Under the pieces are notes generated by a model. That model was not told where the DNA came from. It did no database searches and was given only the letters and a program-made list of their open reading frames with translations. From Nemertoderma westbladi (lineage: Eukaryota > Animalia > Xenacoelomorpha): 64,000 bases of DNA. The position numbers were made by a program, and so were the translations under genes. Location: NCBI GenBank assembly GCA_032718475.1, contig JAUCBJ010001728.1, positions 1 to 64,000 on the forward strand, written 5' to 3'. Within the stretch, counting starts at the first letter, position 1; each line of letters begins with the position of its first letter. Of this stretch, positions 6,605-21,600 are shown piece after piece.

Positions 6605-9600
6605 CATACATAGTAAATGTATGGAGTAGGGACCGAACGAGGGCATACATAGTAAATGTATGGAGTAGGGAAAGAACGTAGAGGCATTCATAGTAAATGT
6701 ATGGAGTAGGGAAAGAAGAACGTAGAGGCATTCATAGTAAATGTATGGAGTAGGGAAAGAACGTAGAGGCATTCATAGTAAATGTATGGAGGAGGGAATG
6801 AAGATCGTAGAGGCATTCATAGTAAATGTTTGGAGGAGGGAAAGAACGTAGAGGCATTCATAGTAAATGTATGGAGTAGGGAATGAAGATCGTAGAGGCA
6901 TTCATAGTAAATGTATGGAGGAGGGAAAGAACGTAGAGGCATTCATAGTAAATGTATGGAGGAGGGAAAGAACGTAGAGGCATTCATAGTAAATGTATGG
7001 AGTAGGGAAGAAGATCGTAGAGGCATTCATAGTAAATGTATGGAGTAGGGAAAGAACGTAGAGGCATTCATAGTAAATGTATGGAGTAGGGAGAGAACGT
7101 AGAGGCATTCATAGTAAATGTATGGAGGAGGGAAAGAACGTAGAGGCATTCATAGTAAATGTATGGAGTAGGGAAAGAACGTAGAGGCATTCATAGTAAA
7201 TGTATGGAGTAGGGAAAGAACGTAGAGGCATTCATAGTAAATGTATGGAGTAGGGAAAGAACGTAGAGGCATTCATAGTAAATGTATGGAGTAGGGAGAG
7301 AACGTAGAGGCATTCATAGTAAATGTATGGAGGAGGGAAAGAACGTAGAGGCATTCATAGTAAATGTATGGAGTAGGGAAAGAACGTAGAGGCATTCATA
7401 GTAAATGTATGGAGTAGGGAGAGAACGTAGAGGCATTCATAGTAAATGTATGGAGGAGGGAAAGAACGTAGAGGCATTCATAGTAAATGTATGGAGTAGG
7501 GAGAGAACGTAGAGGCATTCATAGTAAATGTATGGAGGAGGGAAAGAACGTAGAGGCATTCATAGTAAATGTATGGAGTAGGGAAAGAACGTAGAGGAAT
7601 TCATAGTAAATGTTTGGAGTAGGGAGAGAACGTAGAGGCATTCATAGTAAATGTATGGAGTAGGGAATGAAGAACGTAGAGGCATTCATAGTAAATGTAT
7701 GGAGGAGGGAGAGAACGTAGAGGCATTCATAGTAAATGTATGGAGTAGGGAATGAAGAACGTAGAGGCATTCATAGTAAATGTATGGAGGAGGGAGAGAA
7801 CGTAGAGGCATTCATAGTAAATGTATGGAGTAGGGAAAGAACGTAGAGGCATTCATAGTAAATGTTTGGAGGAGGGAATGAAGATCGTAGAGGCATTCAT
7901 AGTAAATGTATGGAGTAGGGAAAGAACGTAGAGGCATTCATAGTAAATGTATGGAGGAGGGAAAGAACGTAGAGGCATTCATAGTAAATGTATGGAGGAG
8001 GGAATGAAGAACGTAGAGGCATTCATAGTAAATGTATGGAGTAGGGAAAGAACGTAGAGGCATTCATAGTAAATGTATGGAGGAGGGAAAGAACGTAGAG
8101 GCATTCATAGTAAATGTATGGAGTAGGGAAAGAACGTAGAGGCATTCATAGTAAATGTATGGAGTAGGGAAAGAACGTAGAGGCATTCATAGTAAATGTA
8201 TGGAGTAGGGAAGGAAGATCGTAGAGGCATTCATAGTAAATGTATGGAGTAGGGAAAGAACGTAGAGGCATTCATAGTAAATGTATGGAGGAGGGAAAGA
8301 ACGTAGAGGCATTCATAGTAAATGTATGGAGGAGGGAATGAAGAACGTAGAGGCATTCATAGTAAATGTATGGAGTAGGGAAAGAACGTAGAGGCATTCA
8401 TAGTAAATGTATGGAGGAGGGAAAGAACGTAGAGGCATTCATAGTAAATGTATGGAGGAGGGAATGAAGAACGTAGAGGCATTCATAGTAAATGTATGGA
8501 GTAGGGAAAGAACGTAGAGGCATTCATAGTAAATGTATGGAGGAGGGAAAGAACGTAGAGGCATTCATAGTAAATGTATGGAGTAGGGAAAGAACGTAGA
8601 GGCATTCATAGTAAATGTATGGAGTAGGGAAAGAACGTAGAGGCATTCATAGTAAATGTATGGAGTAGGGAAAGAACGTAGAGGCATTCATAGTAAATGT
8701 ATGGAGTAGGGAAGGAACGTAGAGGCATTCATAGTAAATGTATGGAGTAGGGAATGAAGAACGTAGAGGCATTCATAGTAAATGTATGGAGGAGGGAGAG
8801 AACGTAGAGGCATTCATAGTAAATGTATGGAGTAGGGAAAGAACGTAGAGGCATTCATAGTAAATGTTTGGAGGAGGGAATGAAGATCGTAGAGGCATTC
8901 ATAGTAAATGTATGGAGTAGGGAAAGAACGTAGAGGCATTCATAGTAAATGTATGGAGGAGGGAAAGAACGTAGAGGCATTCATAGTAAATGTATGGAGG
9001 AGGGAATGAAGAACGTAGAGGCATTCATAGTAAATGTATGGAGTAGGGAAAGAACGTAGAGGCATTCATAGTAAATGTATGGAGGAGGGAAAGAACGTAG
9101 AGGCATTCATAGTAAATGTATGGAGTAGGGAAAGAACGTAGAGGCATTCATAGTAAATGTATGGAGTAGGGAAAGAACGTAGAGGCATTCATAGTAAATG
9201 TATGGAGTAGGGAAAGAACGTAGAGGCATTCATAGTAAATGTATGGAGTAGGGAAGGAACGTAGAGGCATTCATAGTAAATGTATGGAGGAGGAAGAGAA
9301 CGTAGAGGCATTCATAGTAAATGTATGGAGGAGGGAATGAAGAACGTAGAGGCATTCATAATAAATGTATGGAGGAGGGAAAGAACGTAGAGGCATTCAT
9401 AGTAAATGTATGGAGTAGGGAAAGAACGTAGAGGCATTCATAGTAAATGTATGGAGTAGGGAATGAAGATCGTAGAGGCATTCATAGTAAATGTATGGAG
9501 TAGGGAAGGAACGTAGAGGCATTCATAGTAAATGTATGGAGGAGGAAGAGAACGTAGAGGCATTCATAGTAAATGAGTAGGGAGAGAACGTAGAGGCATT

Positions 9601-12600
9601 CATAGTAAATGTATGGAGGAGGGAATGAAGAACGTAGAGGCATTCATAGTAAATGTATGGAGGAGGGAATGAAGATCGTAGAGGCATTCATAGTAAATGT
9701 ATGGAGTAGGGAAAGAACGTAGAGGCATTCATAGTAAATGTATGGAGTAGGGAAAGATCGTAGAGGCATTCATAGTAAATGTATGGAGTAGGGACGGAGC
9801 GTAGAGGCATTCATAGTAAATGTATGGAGGAGGGAATGAAGATCGTAGAGGCATTCATAGTAAATGTATGGAGGAGGGAATGAAGAACGTAGAGGCATTC
9901 ATAGTAAATGTATGGAGTAGGGAAAGATCGTAGAGGCATTCATAGTAAATGTATGGAGGAGGGAATGAAGATCGTAGAGGCATTCATAGTAAATGTATGG
10001 AGTAGGGAAAGAACGTAGAGGCATTCATAGTAAATGTATGGAGTAGGGAAGGAAGATCGTAGAGGCATTCATAGTAAATGTATGGAGTAGGGAAAGAACG
10101 TAGAGGCATTCATAGTAAATGTATGGAGGAGGGAAAGAACGTAGAGGCATTCATAGTAAATGTATGGAGGAGGGAATGAAGAACGTAGAGGCATTCATAG
10201 TAAATGTATGGAGTAGGGAAAGAACGTAGAGGCATTCATAGTAAATGTATGGAGGAGGGAAAGAACGTAGAGGCATTCATAGTAAATGTATGGAGGAGGG
10301 AAAGAAGATCGTAGAGGCATTCATAGTAAATGTATGGAGTAGGGAAAGAACGTAGAGGCATTCATAGTAAATGTATGGAGTAGGGAAGGAAGATCGTAGA
10401 GGCATTCATAGTAAATGTATGGAGTAGGGAAAGAACGTAGAGGCATTCATAGTAAATGTATGGAGTAGGGAAGGAAGATCGTAGAGGCATTCATAGTAAA
10501 TGTATGGAGTAGGGAAAGAACGTAGAGGCATTCATAGTAAATGTATGGAGTAGGGAAGGAAGATCGTAGAGGCATTCATAGTAAATGTATGGAGGAGGGA
10601 ATGAAGATCGTAGAGGCATTCATAGTAAATGTATGGAGTAGGGAAAGAACGTAGAGGCATTCATAGTAAATGTATGGAGTAGGGAAGGAAGATCGTAGAG
10701 GCATTCATAGTAAATGTATGGAGTAGGGAAAGAACGTAGAGGCATTCATAGTAAATGTATGGAGGAGGGAAAGAACGTAGAGGCATTCATAGTAAATGTA
10801 TGGAGGAGGGAATGAAGAACGTAGAGGCATTCATAGTAAATGTATGGAGTAGGGAAAGAACGTAGAGGCATTCATAGTAAATGTATGGAGGAGGGAAAGA
10901 ACGTAGAGGCATTCATAGTAAATGTATGGAGGAGGGAATGAAGAACGTAGAGGCATTCATAGTAAATGTATGGAGTAGGGAAAGAACGTAGAGGCATTCA
11001 TAGTAAATGTATGGAGGAGGGAAAGAACGTAGAGGCATTCATAGTAAATGTATGGAGTAGGGAAAGAACGTAGAGGCATTCATAGTAAATGTATGGAGTA
11101 GGGAAAGAACGTAGAGGCATTCATAGTAAATGTATGGAGTAGGGAAAGAACGTAGAGGCATTCATAGTAAATGTATGGAGTAGGGAAGGAACGTAGAGGC
11201 ATTCATAGTAAATGTATGGAGTAGGGAATGAAGAACGTAGAGGCATTCATAGTAAATGTATGGAGGAGGGAGAGAACGTAGAGGCATTCATAGTAAATGT
11301 ATGGAGTAGGGAAAGAACGTAGAGGCATTCATAGTAAATGTTTGGAGGAGGGAATGAAGATCGTAGAGGCATTCATAGTAAATGTATGGAGTAGGGAAAG
11401 AACGTAGAGGCATTCATAGTAAATGTATGGAGGAGGGAAAGAACGTAGAGGCATTCATAGTAAATGTATGGAGGAGGGAATGAAGAACGTAGAGGCATTC
11501 ATAGTAAATGTATGGAGTAGGGAAAGAACGTAGAGGCATTCATAGTAAATGTATGGAGGAGGGAAAGAACGTAGAGGCATTCATAGTAAATGTATGGAGT
11601 AGGGAAAGAACGTAGAGGCATTCATAGTAAATGTATGGAGTAGGGAAAGAACGTAGAGGCATTCATAGTAAATGTATGGAGTAGGGAAAGAACGTAGAGG
11701 CATTCATAGTAAATGTATGGAGTAGGGAAGGAACGTAGAGGCATTCATAGTAAATGTATGGAGGAGGAAGAGAACGTAGAGGCATTCATAGTAAATGTAT
11801 GGAGGAGGGAATGAAGAACGTAGAGGCATTCATAATAAATGTATGGAGGAGGGAAAGAACGTAGAGGCATTCATAGTAAATGTATGGAGTAGGGAAAGAA
11901 CGTAGAGGCATTCATAGTAAATGTATGGAGTAGGGAATGAAGATCGTAGAGGCATTCATAGTAAATGTATGGAGTAGGGAAGGAACGTAGAGGCATTCAT
12001 AGTAAATGTATGGAGGAGGGAATGAAGAACGTAGAGGCATTCATAGTAAATGTATGGAGGAGGGAATGAAGATCGTAGAGGCATTCATAGTAAATGTATG
12101 GAGTAGGGAAAGAACGTAGAGGCATTCATAGTAAATGTATGGAGTAGGGAAGGAACGTAGAGGCATTCATAGTAAATGTATGGAGGAGGGAATGAAGATC
12201 GTAGAGGCATTCATAGTAAATGTATGGAGTAGGGAAAGAACGTAGAGGCATTCATAGTAAATGTATGGAGTAGGGAAAGAACGTAGAGGCATTCATAGTA
12301 AATGTATGGAGTAGGGAGAGAACGTAGAGGCATTCATAGTAAATGTATGGAGTAGGGAAGGAACGTAGAGGCATTCATAGTAAATGTATGGAGTAGGGAA
12401 GGAACGTAGAGGCATTCATAGTAAATGTATGGAGGAGGGAATGAAGAACGTAGAGGCATTCATAGTAAATGTATGGAGGAGGGAATGAAGATCGTAGAGG
12501 CATTCATAGTAAATGTATGGAGTAGGGAAAGAACGTAGAGGCATTCATAGTAAATGTATGGAGTAGGGAAGGAACGTAGAGGCATTCATAGTAAATGTAT

Positions 12601-15600
12601 GGAGGAGGGAATGAAGATCGTAGAGGCATTCATAGTAAATGTATGGAGTAGGGAAAGAACGTAGAGGCATTCATAGTAAATGAGTAGGGACGGAACGTAG
12701 AGGCATTCATAGTAAATGTATGGAGTAGGGACGGAACGTAGAGGCATTCATAGTAAATGTATGGAGGAGGGAATGAAGAACGTAGAGGCATTCATAGTAA
12801 ATGTATGGAGTAGGGAAGGAACGTAGAGGCATTCATAGTAAATGTATGGAGTAGGGAGAGAACGTAGAGGCATTCATAGTAAATGTATGGAGTAGGGAGA
12901 GAACGTAGAGGCATTCATAGTAAATGTATGGAGTAGGGAAGGAACGTAGAGGCATTCATAGTAAATGTATGGAGTAGGGAAGGAACGTAGAGGCATTCAT
13001 AGTAAATGTATGGAGGAGGGAATGAAGAACGTAGAGGCATTCATAGTAAATGTATGGAGGAGGGAATGAAGATCGTAGAGGCATTCATAGTAAATGTATG
13101 GAGGAGGGAATGAAGATCGTAGAGGCATTCATAGTAAATGTATGGAGTAGGGAAAGAACGTAGAGGCATTCATAGTAAATGTATGGAGTAGGGAAGGAAC
13201 GTAGAGGCATTCATAGTAAATGTATGGAGGAGGGAATGAAGATCGTAGAGGCATTCATAGTAAATGAGTAGGGACGGAACGTAGAGGCATTCATAGTAAA
13301 TGTATGGAGTAGGGAAGGAACGTAGAGGCATTCATAGTAAATGTATGGAGTAGGGAGAGAACGTAGAGGCATTCATAGTAAATGAGTAGGGACGGAACGT
13401 AGAGGCATTCATAGTAAATGTATGGAGTAGGGAAGGAACGTAGAGGCATTCATAGTAAATGTATGGAGTAGGGAGAGAACGTAGAGGCATTCATAGTAAA
13501 TGTATGGAGTAGGGAAAGAACGTAGAGGCATTCATAGTAAATGTATGGAGTAGGGAAGGAACGTAGAGGCATTCATAGTAAATGTATGGAGGAGGGAATG
13601 AAGATCGTAGAGGCATTCATAGTAAATGAGTAGGGACGGAACGTAGAGGCATTCATAGTAAATGTATGGAGTAGGGAAGGAACGTAGAGGCATTCATAGT
13701 AAATGTATGGAGTAGGGAGAGAACGTAGAGGCATTCATAGTAAATGAGTAGGGACGGAACGTAGAGGCATTCATAGTAAATGTATGGAGTAGGGAAGGAA
13801 CGTAGAGGCATTCATAGTAAATGTATGGAGTAGGGAGAGAACGTAGAGGCATTCATAGTAAATGAGTAGGGACGGAACGTAGAGGCATTCATAGTAAATG
13901 TATGGAGTAGGGAAGGAACGTAGAGGCATTCATAGTAAATGTATGGAGTAGGGAAGGAACGTAGAGGCATTCATAGTAAATGAGTAGGGACGGAACGTAG
14001 AGGCATTCATAGTAAATGTATGGAGTAGGGAAGGAACGTAGAGGCATTCATAGTAAATGTATGGAGTAGGGAGAGAACGTAGAGGCATTCATAGTAAATG
14101 TATGGAGTAGGGAGAGAACGTAGAGGCATTCATAGTAAATGTATGGAGTAGGGAAGGAACGTAGAGGCATTCATAGTAAATGTATGGAGTAGGGAAGGAA
14201 CGTAGAGGCATTCATAGTAAATGTATGGAGGAGGGAATGAAGAACGTAGAGGCATTCATAGTAAATGTATGGAGGAGGGAATGAAGATCGTAGAGGCATT
14301 CATAGTAAATGTATGGAGTAGGGAAGGAACGTAGAGGCATTCATAGTAAATGTATGGAGTAGGGAGAGAACGTAGAGGCATTCATAGTAAATGTATGGAG
14401 TAGGGAGAGAACGTAGAGGCATTCATAGTAAATGTATGGAGTAGGGAAGGAACGTAGAGGCATTCATAGTAAATGTATGGAGTAGGGAAGGAACGTAGAG
14501 GCATTCATAGTAAATGTATGGAGGAGGGAATGAAGAACGTAGAGGCATTCATAGTAAATGTATGGAGGAGGGAATGAAGATCGTAGAGGCATTCATAGTA
14601 AATGTATGGAGTAGGGAAAGAACGTAGAGGCATTCATAGTAAATGTATGGAGTAGGGAAGGAACGTAGAGGCATTCATAGTAAATGTATGGAGGAGGGAA
14701 TGAAGATCGTAGAGGCATTCATAGTAAATGTATGGAGTAGGGAAAGAACGTAGAGGCATTCATAGTAAATGTATGGAGTAGGGAAAGAACGTAGAGGCAT
14801 TCATAGTAAATGAGTAGGGACGGAACGTAGAGGCATTCATAGTAAATGAGTAGGGACGGAACGTAGAGGCATTCATAGTAAATGTATGGAGTAGGGAAAG
14901 AACGTAGAGGCATTCATAGTAAATGTATGGAGTAGGGAAAGAACGTAGAGGCATTCATAGTAAATGAGTAGGGACGGAACGTAGAGGCATTCATAGTAAA
15001 TGAGTAGGGACGGAACGTAGAGGCATTCATAGTAAATGAGTAGGGACGGAACGTAGAGGCATTCATAGTAAATGAGTAGGGACGGAACGTAGAGGCATTC
15101 ATAGTAAATGTATGGAGTAGGGAAAGAACGTAGAGGCATTCATAGTAAATGTATGGAGTAGGGAAAGAACGTAGAGGCATTCATAGTAAATGAGTAGGGA
15201 CGGAACGTAGAGGCATTCATAGTAAATGAGTAGGGACGGAACGTAGAGGCATTCATAGTAAATGTATGGAGTAGGGAAAGAACGTAGAGGCATTCATAGT
15301 AAATGTATGGAGTAGGGAGAGAACGTAGAGGCATTCATAGTAAATGTATGGAGTAGGGAAAGAACGTAGAGGCATTCATAGTAAATGTATGGAGGAGGGA
15401 AAGAACGTAGAGGCATTCATAGTAAATGTATGGAGTAGGGAAAGAACGTAGAGGCATTCATAGTAAATGTATGGAGTAGGGAAAGAACGTAGAGGCATTC
15501 ATAGTAAATGTATGGAGTAGGGAAAGAACGTAGAGGCATTCATAGTAAATGTATGGAGTAGGGAAAGAACGTAGAGGCATTCATAGTAAATGTATGGAGT

Positions 15601-18600
15601 AGGGACGGAACGTAGAGGCATTCATAGTAAATGTATGGAGGAGGGAAAGAAGAACGTAGAGGCATTCATAGTAAATGTATGGAGTAGGGAAAGAACGTAG
15701 AGGCATTCATAGTAAATGTATGGAGGAGGGAATGAAGAACGTAGAGGCATTCATAGTAAATGTATGGAGTAGGGAAAGAACGTAGAGGCATTCATAGTAA
15801 ATGTATGGAGTAGGGAAAGAACGTAGAGGCATTCATAGTAAATGTATGGAGGAGGGAATGAAGAACGTAGAGGCATTCATAGTAAATGTATGGAGTAGGG
15901 AAAGAACGTAGAGGCATTCATAGTAAATGTATGGAGGAGGGAATGAAGAACGTAGAGGCATTCATAGTAAATGTATGGAGTAGGGAAAGAACGTAGAGGC
16001 ATTCATAGTAAATGTATGGAGTAGGGAAAGAACGTAGAGGCATTCATAGTAAATGTATGGAGTAGGGAAAGAACGTAGAGGCATTCATAGTAAATGAGTA
16101 GGGAAAGAACGTAGAGGCATTCATAGTAAATGTATGGAGTAGGGAAAGAACGTAGAGGCATTCATAGTAAATGAGTAGGGAAAGAACGTAGAGGCATTCA
16201 TAGTAAATGTATGGAGTAGGGAAAGAACGTAGAGGCATTCATAGTAAATGTATGGAGGAGGGAAAGAAGAACGTAGAGGCATTCATAGTAAATGTATGGA
16301 GGAGGGAAAGAACGTAGAGGCATTCATAGTAAATGTATGGAGTAGGGAAAGAACGTAGAGGCATTCATAGTAAATGTATGGAGTAGGGAGAGAACGTAGA
16401 GGCATTCATAGTAAATGTATGGAGTAGGGAGAGAACGTAGAGGCATTCATAGTAAATGTATGGAGTAGGGAGAGAACGTAGAGGCATTCATAGTAAATGT
16501 ATGGAGTAGGGAAAGAACGTAGAGGCATTCATAGTAAATGTATGGAGGAGGGAAAGAAGAACGTAGAGGCATTCATAGTAAATGTATGGAGGAGGGAAAG
16601 AACGTAGAGGCATTCATAGTAAATGTATGGAGTAGGGAAAGAACGTAGAGGCATTCATAGTAAATGAGTAGGGACGGAACGTAGAGGCATTCATAGTAAA
16701 TGTATGGAGTAGGGAAAGAACGTAGAGGCATTCATAGTAAATGTATGGAGGAGGGAAAGAACGTAGAGGCATTCATAGTAAATGTATGGAGTAGGGAAAG
16801 AACGTAGAGGCATTCATAGTAAATGAGTAGGGACGGAACGTAGAGGCATTCATAGTAAATGTATGGAGTAGGGACGGAACGTAGAGGCATTCATAGTAAA
16901 TGTATGGAGGAGGGAGAGAACGTAGAGGCATTCATAGTAAATGTATGGAGTAGGGAAAGAACGTAGAGGCATTCATAGTAAATGAGTAGGGACGGAACGT
17001 AGAGGCATTCATAGTAAATGTATGGAGTAGGGAATGAAGAACGTAGAGGCATTCATAGTAAATGTATGGAGTAGGGACGGAACGTAGAGGCATTCATAGT
17101 AAATGTATGGAGGAGGGAATGAAGAACGTAGAGGCATTCATAGTAAATGTATGGAGTAGGGACGGAACGTAGAGGCATTCATAGTAAATGAGTAGGGACG
17201 GAACGTAGAGGCATTCATAGTAAATGTATGGAGGAGGGAAAGAACGTAGAGGCATTCATAGTAAATGAGTAGGGACGGAACGTAGAGGCATTCATAGTAA
17301 ATGTATGGAGGAGGGAAAGAACGTAGAGGCATTCATAGTAAATGTATGGAGTAGGGAAAGAACGTAGAGGCATTCATAGTAAATGTATGGAGTAGGGACG
17401 GAACGTAGAGGCATTCATAGTAAATGTATGGAGTAGGGAAAGAACGTAGAGGCATTCATAGTAAATGTATGGAGTAGGGAAAGATCGTAGAGGCATTCAT
17501 AGTAAATGTATGGAGTAGGGAAAGAACGTAGAGGCATTCATAGTAAATGTATGGAGTAGGGAAAGAACGTAGAGGCATTCATAGTAAATGTATGGAGTAG
17601 GGAAAGAACGTAGAGGCATTCATAGTAAATGTATGGAGTAGGGAAAGAACGTAGAGGCATTCATAGTAAATGTATGGAGTAGGGAAAGAACGTAGAGGCA
17701 TTCATAGTAAATGTATGGAGTAGGGACGGAACGTAGAGGCATTCATAGTAAATGTATGGAGTAGGGAAAGAACGTAGAGGCATTCATAGTAAATGTATGG
17801 AGTAGGGAAAGATCGTAGAGGCATTCATAGTAAATGTATGGAGGAGGGAAAGAACGTAGAGGCATTCATAGTAAATGAGTAGGGACGGAACGTAGAGGCA
17901 TTCATAGTAAATGTATGGAGTAGGGACGGAACGTAGAGGCATTCATAGTAAATGTATGGAGTAGGGACGGAACGTAGAGGCATTCATAGTAAATGAGTAG
18001 GGACGGAACGTAGAGGCATTCATAGTAAATGTATGGAGTAGGGACGGAACGTAGAGGCATTCATAGTAAATGTATGGAGTAGGGACGGAACGTAGAGGCA
18101 TTCATAGTAAATGTATGGAGTAGGGACGGAACGTAGAGGCATTCATAGTAAATGTATGGAGTAGGGAAAGAACGTAGAGGCATTCATAGTAAATGTATGG
18201 AGTAGGGAAAGATCGTAGAGGCATTCATAGTAAATGTATGGAGGAGGGAAAGAACGTAGAGGCATTCATAGTAAATGTATGGAGTAGGGAAAGATCGTAG
18301 AGGCATTCATAGTAAATGTATGGAGTAGGGACGGAACGTAGAGGCATTCATAGTAAATGTATGGAGTAGGGAAAGAACGTAGAGGCATTCATAGTAAATG
18401 TATGGAGTAGGGAAAGAACGTAGAGGCATTCATAGTAAATGTATGGAGTAGGGAAAGAACGTAGAGGCATTCATAGTAAATGTATGGAGTAGGGAAAGAA
18501 CGTAGAGGCATTCATAGTAAATGTATGGAGTAGGGAAAGAACGTAGAGGCATTCATAGTAAATGTATGGAGTAGGGAAAGAACGTAGAGGCATTCATAGT

Positions 18601-21600
18601 AAATGTATGGAGTAGGGAAAGAACGTAGAGGCATTCATAGTAAATGTATGGAGTAGGGAAAGAACGTAGAGGCATTCATAGTAAATGTATGGAGTAGGGA
18701 AAGAACGTAGAGGCATTCATAGTAAATGTATGGAGTAGGGACGGAACGTAGAGGCATTCATAGTAAATGTATGGAGTAGGGAAAGAACGTAGAGGCATTC
18801 ATAGTAAATGTATGGAGTAGGGAAAGAACGTAGAGGCATTCATAGTAAATGTATGGAGTAGGGAAAGAACGTAGAGGCATTCATAGTAAATGTATGGAGT
18901 AGGGAAAGAACGTAGAGGCATTCATAGTAAATGTATGGAGTAGGGAAAGAACGTAGAGGCATTCATAGTAAATGTATGGAGTAGGGAAAGAACGTAGAGG
19001 CATTCATAGTAAATGTATGGAGTAGGGAAAGAACGTAGAGGCATTCATAGTAAATGTATGGAGTAGGGAAAGAACGTAGAGGCATTCATAGTAAATGTAT
19101 GGAGTAGGGAAAGAACGTAGAGGCATTCATAGTAAATGTATGGAGTAGGGAAAGAACGTAGAGGCATTCATAGTAAATGAGTAGGGACGGAACGTAGAGG
19201 CATTCATAGTAAATGTATGGAGGAGGGAATGAAGATCGTAGAGGCATTCATAGTAAATGTATGGAGTAGGGAAAGAACGTAGAGGCATTCATAGTAAATG
19301 TATGGAGGAGGGAATGAAGAACGTAGAGGCATTCATAGTAAATGTATGGAGTAGGGACGGAACGTAGAGGCATTCATAGTAAATGTATGGAGGAGGGAAT
19401 GAAGAACGTAGAGGCATTCATAGTAAATGTATGGAGTAGGGAATGAAGAACGTAGAGGCATTCATAGTAAATGTATGGAGTAGGGAAAGAACGTAGAGGC
19501 ATTCATAGTAAATGTATGGAGTAGGGACGGAACGTAGAGGCATTCATAGTAAATGTATGGAGGAGGGAATGAAGAACGTAGAGGCATTCATAGTAAATGT
19601 ATGGAGTAGGGAATGAAGAACGTAGAGGCATTCATAGTAAATGTATGGAGTAGGGAAAGAACGTAGAGGCATTCATAGTAAATGTATGGAGTAGGGACGG
19701 AACGTAGAGGCATTCATAGTAAATGTATGGAGTAGGGAGAGAACGTAGAGGCATTCATAGTAAATGTATGGAGTAGGGAAAGAACGTAGAGGCATTCATA
19801 GTAAATGTATGGAGTAGGGAAAGAACGTAGAGGCATTCATAGTAAATGTATGGAGTAGGGAAAGAACGTAGAGGCATTCATAGTAAATGTATGGAGTAGG
19901 GAAAGAACGTAGAGGCATTCATAGTAAATGTATGGAGTAGGGAAAGAACGTAGAGGCATTCATAGTAAATGTATGGAGTAGGGAAAGAACGTAGAGGCAT
20001 TCATAGTAAATGTATGGAGTAGGGAAAGAACGTAGAGGCATTCATAGTAAATGTATGGAGTAGGGACGGAACGTAGAGGCATTCATAGTAAATGTATGGA
20101 GTAGGGAAAGAACGTAGAGGAATTCATAGTAAATGTATGGAGGAGGGAATGAAGATCGTAGAGGCATTCATAGTAAATGTATGGAGGAGGGAATGAAGAT
20201 CGTAGAGGCATTCATAGTAAATGTATGGAGTAGGGACGGAACGTAGAGGCATTCATAGTAAATGTATGGAGTAGGGAAAGAACGTAGAGGAATTCATAGT
20301 AAATGTATGGAGGAGGGAATGAAGATCGTAGAGGCATTCATAGTAAATGTATGGAGGAGGGAATGAAGATCGTAGAGGCATTCATAGTAAATGTATGGAG
20401 TAGGGAAAGATCGTAGAGGCATTCATAGTAAATGTATGGAGGAGGGAAAGAACGTAGAGGCATTCATAGTAAATGTATGGAGTAGGGAAAGAACGTAGAG
20501 GCATTCATAGTAAATGTATGGAGTAGGGAAAGAACGTAGAGGCATTCATAGTAAATGTATGGAGTAGGGAAAGAACGTAGAGGCATTCATAGTAAATGTA
20601 TGGAGTAGGGAAAGAACGTAGAGGCATTCATAGTAAATGTATGGAGTAGGGAAAGAACGTAGAGGCATTCATAGTAAATGTATGGAGTAGGGACGGAACG
20701 TAGAGGCATTCATAGTAAATGTATGGAGTAGGGAGAGAACGTAGAGGCATTCATAGTAAATGTATGGAGGAGGGAATGAAGAACGTAGAGGCATTCATAG
20801 TAAATGTATGGAGTAGGGACGGAACGTAGAGGCATTCATAGTAAATGTATGGAGTAGGGACGGAACGTAGAGGCATTCATAGTAAATGTATGGAGTAGGG
20901 ACGGAACGTAGAGGCATTCATAGTAAATGTATGGAGTAGGGAAAGAACGTAGAGGAATTCATAGTAAATGTATGGAGGAGGGAATGAAGAACGTAGAGGC
21001 ATTCATAGTAAATGTATGGAGTAGGGACGGAACGTAGAGGCATTCATAGTAAATGTATGGAGTAGGGAAAGAACGTAGAGGCATTCATAGTAAATGTATG
21101 GAGTAGGGAAAGAACGTAGAGGCATTCATAGTAAATGTATGGAGTAGGGAAAGAACGTAGAGGCATTCATAGTAAATGTATGGAGTAGGGAAAGAACGTA
21201 GAGGCATTCATAGTAAATGTATGGAGTAGGGACGGAACGTAGAGGCATTCATAGTAAATGTATGGAGTAGGGAAAGAACGTAGAGGCATTCATAGTAAAT
21301 GTATGGAGGAGGGAAAGAACGTAGAGGCATTCATAGTAAATGTATGGAGGAGGGAATGAAGATCGTAGAGGCATTCATAGTAAATGTATGGAGTAGGGAC
21401 GGAACGTAGAGGCATTCATAGTAAATGTATGGAGTAGGGAAAGAACGTAGAGGAATTCATAGTAAATGTATGGAGGAGGGAATGAAGAACGTAGAGGCAT
21501 TCATAGTAAATGTATGGAGTAGGGACGGAACGTAGAGGCATTCATAGTAAATGTATGGAGTAGGGAAAGAACGTAGAGGCATTCATAGTAAATGTATGGA

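Noticed and set aside
6605-6700. 41-bp unit as a relic of the next myosin exon (RRGIHS / MYGVGK vs PPGIMS / MHAVGE)
   Set aside because: The similarity is only a few residues in different frames and is within chance. It cannot be supported without seeing the array's right end.
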